NCBI GenBank assembly: GCA_963924565.1
Contig: OZ004614.1
Span: 23,126,001-23,190,000, forward strand
DNA length: 64,000 nt
DNA from: Ascidiella aspersa
Taxonomy: Eukaryota
Reading direction: 5' to 3'
The stretch's first letter is position 1. The number at the start of each line of letters is the position of its first letter. A model generated the notes under the pieces. The model was not told where the DNA came from. It worked only from the letters and a program-made list of their open reading frames with translations, and made no database searches. Position numbers and translations under genes: made by a program. Shown piece by piece: positions 27,701 through 36,700 of the stretch.

Positions 27701-30700
27701 TACCGTAAAGCGACCTTTAGGAACGATGCGTTTTGTTTGCCCGCTGCTAATAGATCAGTGAGTGTAGAGTAACTGGCGTTATCTGTTATGCTAATAGATG
27801 AGGCGCTCCATCAGTTATCGTGGCTATTTGAAACCCATCTGTTTTGTGAACCGCTATTCATTCTGCTGGTAAATCGTGCCCTGTCGATTGCTATACCCTC
27901 ATAACCTTACACTTTAAGCCAAAGCAATCGTTTAACCTAGAAAGTTACTTATACAGAAAAGTTAACAGAAATGTACAAACAGTCTTTTCAAACGGCAAAT
28001 TATTAAATTTCTACGAGAATATACTTCCTTCTGCTGTACGCGCTGATGATTCCGAAATAAAACATAAAAAACAAACACAAGTCCAACAACATCTGTTAAA
28101 CTGCGTTAAACACAGTGCAAACGAAAATTTAGAGCAAACCTTTAAATGTCGTTTCTTCCAAGAACGATTTGCACAACAAGTTTTCGGCTGAATTAAATTC
28201 CCGAGAGCGTTCACACTTCGACAGTCACAACTGTTTCTGACGCAAAAGCAACTGAAATCGACCGGGAATCGAACCGGCAATATAAGAGCGAATGCGCAGC
28301 GTGTGCGTTGAACGGGTTCGCGCCTATATGGTCATCATAAGCGAAATCCAAAACCCTAATTACTACAGCGGGTTGCAGGTGGCGTGCTAATAACGTGGTC
28401 GACTAGGGAAGGGACCACAACCCAGCGGGATGCAATGCATACACGCGATACGGGACCCGGTTCCAATATGCAGGCTTATGCGATCGATCAGTGTGCTGGC
28501 TTGGTAGGCCAGACAGCTGCTAGTCGAAACAAAATAGGCGTTCACTAAACTAACTGTATACGGGCTTTGGTATTCATTCTACGACCAACTAGAACCTCCA
28601 GTCATTGTCTTAAGATTTATTCGAAACATTCACAACTGGTACCTACTTCTGTATGGATTTATTCATTGTACGTCTATCTACAACTTCCAACCAATATCTT
28701 AAGATTTATTCATACTACATTCTTCTTGGCTTCTAGTGGTGAATTATATTCACTTTCTTCTTAAATCTGTAGTTGATGAGCCAGTTGTGAGAAGTTACCG
28801 AAAATACAAAAATGTTACTAAAAAGTCACTTTTCCTAAACGGTCCTTGCCTTTTAATAACACGAAACCAAAGTTAAGTAGATATTTCCCAACAGGGTAAA
28901 ATGTGCGTTTAAACTTCTCTCCAAAATATTTATGCAAAAAATTGGATGGAACACAGATGAACTGAAATTGGATCTTGGTTCCACTAAGTGTTATAGAAAC
29001 CGGTAATAAACTGCTGCCATAATCGTGTTATAGGCTTAGCAAAACGAATGACCCGGTTATAAACTGCTGTCATAACCCTTTTGCGAAGTCGAAGGCACGC
29101 AGAGACGTGGCTACTTTGATTTACGACTTTGCACCTGTTGGCTGCTGCAAAGGGGACAAATGTCACGACCTCCTACAGCGAAAAGCAATGAAGAGCGCTT
29201 ACAGAAAAGGTCGCGAAACACCCTTGGCTATTTCCGCGCTGTAACGACGCAACAAGCTGCTGACAATTACGCTCTTTTCACGCCCCTTATCGACGCGTTT
29301 TTTATTGCAACGAGCTCAATTTGCGTAAGACGGCCGCTACCCAACATTGTTACGTGATTATCCAAACTTGACTTAAAGTCATACGCAATTAATTGAAGGA
29401 AGTCGCTTTTGTACAGGCAAAACTGCCCATGGTTCAATAATTCAGTCTTAATTTATGGCAGTTCAAATTTTGGCAGATTTAAATCACAGATGCGACTTAG
29501 TTTTTTACCCTTTCAATACCTTAGGGACCATTGGCTTGGGGACCAAAAAGGTCGCGAAGCACCCTGGACTATTTTAGCTCTATTACGACGAACAAATTGC
29601 CGACAATTACGTTATTTTCACGCCCCCTAATTGGTGGCTTCGTACCCCCCCCTGGTCGCCAATGCGACGAAGAGACAGTAAATCATACATTTGTAGTCCA
29701 CCAACAAGCGTGGGTGCAAATTATTAACGGTGCCAATAGCGTTTAAAGGATATTAAATTGACCTGCATTATTGATGCGCTCGGTCGGGTAACAGTTGCCC
29801 TAAGTGCTTGGGTTACACCAATAAGCCGCGAACGTTAGAATGAAACAGAACACCAGGGCACGGCCTTTGTGGATTTTCAATCAATATCAAAGCCCATATA
29901 GCAAGATAGCTGGCATTTTATGAACGTTTCTATTAAATTTTAAGATACTTGAGGTTGTAGTTTGGCGTAGTAAGAATGTCAAAGGCCATACAGAAGTAGT
30001 CAGCATTTTATTTTGTTTACGTTTTAAATATTTCCTAAAGATTTTCGGCATATTCAACGACAGTGTTAAAAAGGAACTAAGAATTATCCAAAACGTTCAC
30101 AAAATGATATGATACCTACTTCTGTATGGGTTTTGATATTCATTCTACGTTTTACTACAACTTTAGATAGATAGATATGTATATTGTTAGGGAAGTAAAT
30201 TCCCAGGGAGCAGCGCAAGACCGTTAGGTCATCAAAGTCAGCCGCTCCTTGACCGCAATATCATCCGAATACATGGGCAGGTTACTGCAGGTATACAAAT
30301 TAATTTTTTATCTTAACTACAACTTCTAGTCATTATTCCACAGAAGGCATTGCATTGTCCAAACTTAGCCACAAAGAAAATTACATTACGACGGTTGTTG
30401 GGAGACGTTTAAATAATGTTATATATTTATTAAGTTGACTATTATCTTTGTAAAAAGTTAAATAAAGTTTCATTGTCCCTGACAATGCGCATTCTATTTA
30501 AACTCCCCCTCTTTCAAATTCACTCCTAAACTCATAAAAAAACTCACCGGATTTTGGAACAAGGAGGTTGCCGGAGTTTGCTCTCGCCATATAAGAGGAG
30601 CCACGTCTTCCTCCAAAGTGGAGGGGCTGTTGGGAAGAAGAAGAAGACGAAGAAGTCATCCTCTGATCAAGCAGAGGAGAAGACATCCTTCTTCTCGTGT

Positions 30701-33700
30701 TCAAAGGTCGCTGTTCCTCCTCGCGGTCAACTACGTCATCGAGATCCCGGATGACGTCATCGTCGTCAAGGTCGCTCTCCGATGACGCGTTGCCAAGCAA
30801 CTGGCGGCGGTTGCTAGGGTGGTTGCCAGGCGACGGCGGCGCCCCGAAGCTGTCGGCCGCGACGGGCTCGTAGCGAACCGAGGAGCGGTGCGTGTCGCTT
30901 GACGAGATACCTGGATTGTTACGTCATAGTTAGTCGTTTGTTCGAAGAAGTATTTGAATGTAAACATTACAAGGCTGTTGGTGCCTTCAAAGCTTGTGAC
31001 TGGTTAAGACTAGTCCAGAGGCCAATAAACTACGACGTGGCAAGTCAATTAATCCGGCCCGCGGCATATTTCCTTAATGAAGATGAACTGCACTTAAAAT
31101 GGTGTCCAATGCAATTCAAAACTAAATCTTAATGAAATTTTAACCGACAATTTATTCAGGCCCAACTACAGGTGTTATTGCATAGTTATTTATATTCCCT
31201 TCTTTGAGTTAATAACTTTATTATCTGTAAATCTTAACAGTTATTCGGCCCGCGATGGTCAGGCCTTACAGTTAACCGACATTTACGAGAAAAGTTAGGC
31301 GATCCTGGGCCAGACAATGTTGAGTGTGTCTAGATAAGATAAATAAAAGGAAAACTTACAAGCTTCCTAAAATAAAGTGAAAACATACAAACTGGGATGC
31401 ACGAAAACAAGGCACCGATCAGGAAAAATGTGAAGAAAACTAGCAACACTCAACCGACATTCCGCGAACCGCCGACTGTACACTTTAGGAAACACGCACA
31501 AAAAAACATCCTACAACTCGAACTCACTTTCTAGAGGCAAAACATATCAAAAACAACACAGAAAACAAGACAAAAGGACAACATGACGTCATCACGTGGC
31601 CAGTGAACCGTGACAGGAACAACACGAAAAACAACATCCCACAGCTCAAACTTAATATTTAGCCGCAAAACATAACAACAACAACAACAAAAACAAACAA
31701 CAAGGCCCGACATCGATTAAAACAAGACAGGGTAAAAACAGACAACATGACGTCATCACGTGACCACTAAACCGTGCAGTCAGGCATGAGTACCTCTATG
31801 ACGTCGTCCCGAGTTAAGGCAGGCCACTGTTCTATACTTTGCCCGATGGAGGCCTTTTGCCTTGCTCGACTGTATTTCGTACAAGCGGCAGCCCTTGGTG
31901 TTGCCGGCCAGAAAGTGGAATTCCTTTAGATCTGGCGGACACACGGACAGTAGTAGTGACAAGGGCACAGACAAACGTATGACGACTGCTACTAGAAATT
32001 ACTTTTTGTGGTATGACCGAAATACAAGTTTTACTTCTCTAAGTAGTAATAAAGGGATTACTTTTAGCTTTTTAAAATAAAAAAAATGTTTTTTTGATTT
32101 AAAGGGCATTGTTGTTTAAATTTGGGACTCAAGATAGAAATACGGTTACCTACTTAAATTGGTGAACGTTTTATAAATAAATAAAATGGTAATAACAAGG
32201 TGTTGGAATTTCAAGTTGCAAGCCAAAGATATCTAAACGATCTGATTAAAGACACCGAACGTATCAGCATCGAAAATCCGTTTTTGCGTGCGTTTGCAAC
32301 AAAAAATCTGCAAAGTGCGCAGATTACAATTCCACCACGTTCATTACCGCAGGAACGCTATTAACAGTCTACAGTGAACGCCGGTCGGTCGGGCTATGTT
32401 TACTGAAGCAACACTAAACAGTCCTTGCATTTGTGGTACATAATCGCATCATTTAGGAACGTTTAGTTGGAAGATATAAGCGCGCCTTGTAGCGGAAAAC
32501 CGGACCGTTTGAAAGGCGGCTTAGATCTACCCGCAAAGCAATGCATTTCAAGACACTACCTGTCCTTATTGTTGGATGGGAGATTTTACCGGGTTCAAAA
32601 CGTGACTGCGGATGGGTTCTATCAACAATAAAGCCTGAACAAGACGCTACGGATTTGTTTCTTTGGGAACAAAGTTCTCAATGTAATTTCAATTTTTAGG
32701 CTTGTACTGTACAAATTACATAGAGCGGAAAATCATCATCACAGTATTAAGGTAGTAAGACTACCAAAGCTCATGTTATAGTAGGTAGCATTTTGAACGT
32801 TTGGACTAACTTGTTATTTATTTTCATAGAGTTATTCGAAAATGCTACCCAGTACCCACATCTATATGGGCTTTGAAATTCTTACTACGTCTAACTGAAA
32901 CCTCCAACCAATATGCCCAATGCAAGTATCCCGTCCCCAAATGCTTTTCAGTCGTAAAAGTTGACTGATGACACCGGGTTGAGTCAAGTCGTACCAATAA
33001 AAAAAAACAGACAATACAAAACAAAATAACCTCGGCCCCTTGTAATCTAAATCTAGAAATTAAAGACTACAGCAATCCGCGTGAAAGTATAACTGGTATT
33101 AATACGTCGGAAACTGGCTTATTTAAGACAAAAAACAACAATCGGGCGATAATCGTTAGTCGATCGAGTATCTCAAAGACATACCTCAGAATTTCACCAA
33201 TTAGCACACAACTTCAGCAATAACCACCATAGGGCAACACGGGGTGTCATTAGTTAATTTTTATGTTGAATATTTGCAAAACCAAAACCTCTAAAATTCA
33301 GAAGCAGTCAATGAAAAAAGTCTACCAATCTAACCGCGTCTCTGCTGCACAACCGTCACGCGTAAATAGCTCCACTGTGACGTATGAAAGCAATCTAACT
33401 GTCACCCCCCCCCACACATCACCCCCCCCATTTCAAAAACGTCGGTATCACCTTGCAGAGGCGCGGGCGGGGCAGTTTCCTCTTGTAGGCAACTCACAGA
33501 AGGCGGCAGCACCAGGCTATGGCGCCAACGCACGCGTTTCAAGTCGAACAGAGCCTGAACTGCCGGCGAGCGCTGGCGCGACATTGCAGCCGCGTCCAAA
33601 CTAACTCTGCGGGAAATGAGGGGCCTGTTATGCCGCAGAACGATTTGTAGCTTGTCGGCCCCTGTATCGGTGAGACGCACCAGGGCGCCGCCGTCTTGCG

Positions 33701-36700
33701 GCTCCGCTGCGACCGCCATTTCGCGCTGGGCGCATGGCCCGGCGCCGAAGCTGGTCTCGAGGCCGATCTTGGCGCTTTCGGCGCCGCCCGACCCCTGGCC
33801 GCCCGGTTCCAGCGGAAGACAGGGCACCCCGGCGCTCAGAGAAAGCTCCCCTAGGAATTATTCTTTTTCTTGTGGATCGAAACAGCAGCAGTGCAGAGCA
33901 CTGAATCCTTAAATTCGTTGCTTTTAAGAAGTGTTTGAAGGAAGTAAAACAACCTTCCAGGTGCGATTTGAAACAGCAGAAACGACCACGTATTTATATC
34001 CGCGAAACTTTAGGCTCCCAGAAATTCTCAGAAGCGTTCTTCAGAGGTAAACAATATTCCAGATAAGTGTTTTTAAAGAGCAGCAAGAATAGAGTTACTG
34101 ATATCCGCAAAAACTTTAGGCTTTCATGGAGTCGTTTAATCGTTCAGAGCAGAGGCAAAATGTTTTAAGAGTTCACACCATAATTAAGAGGTAAAACAAA
34201 TTACAGGTTTTAAAACAGCAGCAAGAATGTCGCACTGAGAAATCCACAAAAAACTTTATACTTTCATCAAGGCTTAAAACGTTGAGAGAAGAGGTAAAAT
34301 GTTTCAAAAAGAGTTTCACAGCATTTTCAGAACGTTCAGAGTTGGCAGAAGCGTTTTACTGCTTTTTAGCAACGTTCAAAATAAAAACTTCCTATAATCT
34401 TGCCTACGGTGGTGGTCTGCAAAGCAACAACTGCTTTACGCGGAAAATAAATACGTCAGCGCTTTTCAACGGGCAACGAAAGCACTCTACAGGCCGTAAA
34501 ACGAGTGAATTGTCGCGCAAATGAGGCAATTAATCTTAGCTTTGACGCGACGGCCCGAAGGCCCAATTTGACCGGCCGGTTCTGAAAAGAACGCTTGGCT
34601 TCGTTAGTTCAGGTGTGCTTTATTCTCAGTTGTTTTTTGTTTATTTTAATTAAATTAATCGACTTATTTTTTTCGCTAATTTCCAAGATAAAGGTGTGTT
34701 TTAATAATGAATTGCAAAGCCAAAAGGGTCGAGGCATTGTCACATTGACTGAAGATGGTACAGGTGCATTTTCAAAACGTCTAAATCAGAATGATGTCGA
34801 TCTAATCCACCTTTTTGGCTTAACAGTTCATTATCAAGCTACATTACAGATCCGTACATAACATAGTGTGCCCAAACAGGTTTATTTTGAAAAAGGAGCA
34901 TCTATTTCAAACATTTTTTTAACGTTCTAGGTTAATTCAATTTAAAGCGGAATAATAAATACGATTAAAATAGGGTTGCGTATGCATCTCTACTTAAAAA
35001 CGTTGCGTCAACTGGCATTATAGGGTGGCGTAAAGCGAAAAACAACAGCTAGGCACAATCTGACTTGTTTTCGGATGGGAAAGTTAGCCCAAACATGCCA
35101 AGCTTCTTATGATAAACCTCTTCAGCACGTTTAAGGCCGTCACAATAAGACCTCGTACGATTTGCAGTGGTTGTTGTCCCATAGACTTGCGTGAAAAGCC
35201 ATTAAGCTCTTTGTTTGTGCGACACGCCAAAGACCCTGTTTTAATCCTTGATTTTCATTTTAACGTATAATTAATCCTTTATTGTTGGACGTAACTGAAA
35301 TATAACTACTAACAAAACTAAACACAGTAGAACGATCTAGTCAATTTAGGTTTCAGTTGGCTTATAACCTAGGTTAGACAGAAATTAGTCGCTATAGCGA
35401 AAACGACGCCATTTTTGATTTGCGAATTGTTTTTTAATTTGAGACATTATTTTTGATTTGCGACATTATTTTTCAATTTGCGACATTATTTTTCAATTTG
35501 CGACATTATTTTTCAATTTGCGACACTCTTTTTTAATTTTCGACACTCTTTTAATTGGTGACATGACTTTTTTGAATTTGCATTGCCTTATTTTTCAGCC
35601 CCTAATTTTTTTCCCAGCCCCTCCAAGGGTCCCCACGTACCCCCGAGTTTGAGGGGGAGATCGATGTCGCGCGCTGACTGGAGTGCGCGACACGGTGACG
35701 CCCCGCGCGACACTGAACCAAAACGGCGTCCGTTGAACCATACCACCGCGCTAGCATAACTGGCATGCTCACAAATCTGTGAGTCGCGGCTCCCCTGAAT
35801 GGCCTTGTTTTTAGAGGGCCGTTTTTTGGTTCTGTGGCCGACTTTTAAGACTATTTTTCAGACCAGAATTTCGAGTAAAGCTGGAAAAGTAACTCTACCG
35901 CATTTTAAGCTGCAAGTGAAAAATCAATAAAATTTACAAAATAGGACCGGCGGTTTTAAATCTACCCAAGTTCATGATGTTAATCTCGGCGAAATATTGT
36001 TTTCAAATATATAACACTGACTTTGAAAAGATCTAATAGAAGTCTGGCATTGCATTTTTGTTTTGTTTTGTATGCAAACTACCAACTAACTTACTTAAGA
36101 CTTACGAGCTGTTTAAGGCAGGAAGTTTACTGCCATTGTAATGCACTTGTCGGACAAAATAAATCGCACTAATTGACTGCAGCCCTCAACTAACTAAGGA
36201 GAGAGTACAGACTGATTTTTCCGGGGGGCTTAACTAAAAATCCAAACCCCGGCGCCTTCCGTATCGAATTGCCAGTTCACGCTACATCAAACAACTTCCA
36301 GCCAAGCCAACTCTCAGGGCTTCTTGGCCGGTAGAAGCGAGAGGACAGACTGTCACGCTTCTCCAATTAACAAGAGCTGGCTTGGCTGGCTGCTGGATCT
36401 GCTGAGCGTCCCACGGGTCTACACCACCGCGGTATATACGGTTTCCACAAGCTAGCAAAGAAATCGGCTCTGCACTCTAAGCAAGCAGCACCAGCAGCAG
36501 TAGTTAAAGCTACAGTTGCGCAGAGCTAAATAAGCCGTTATACGGCATTCGTCAGTGCTTCATGCGCCTTCTGGTTTCCAAGCTGGCAAAGAAACCGGAT
36601 TCGCACTCTAACGTGCGGTAAATATAAGCACTGAGCACTGATCACACATATGAAGCACTGATCACTGCCGTATAACGGCTTATCCGGCTCTGCGCGACTG

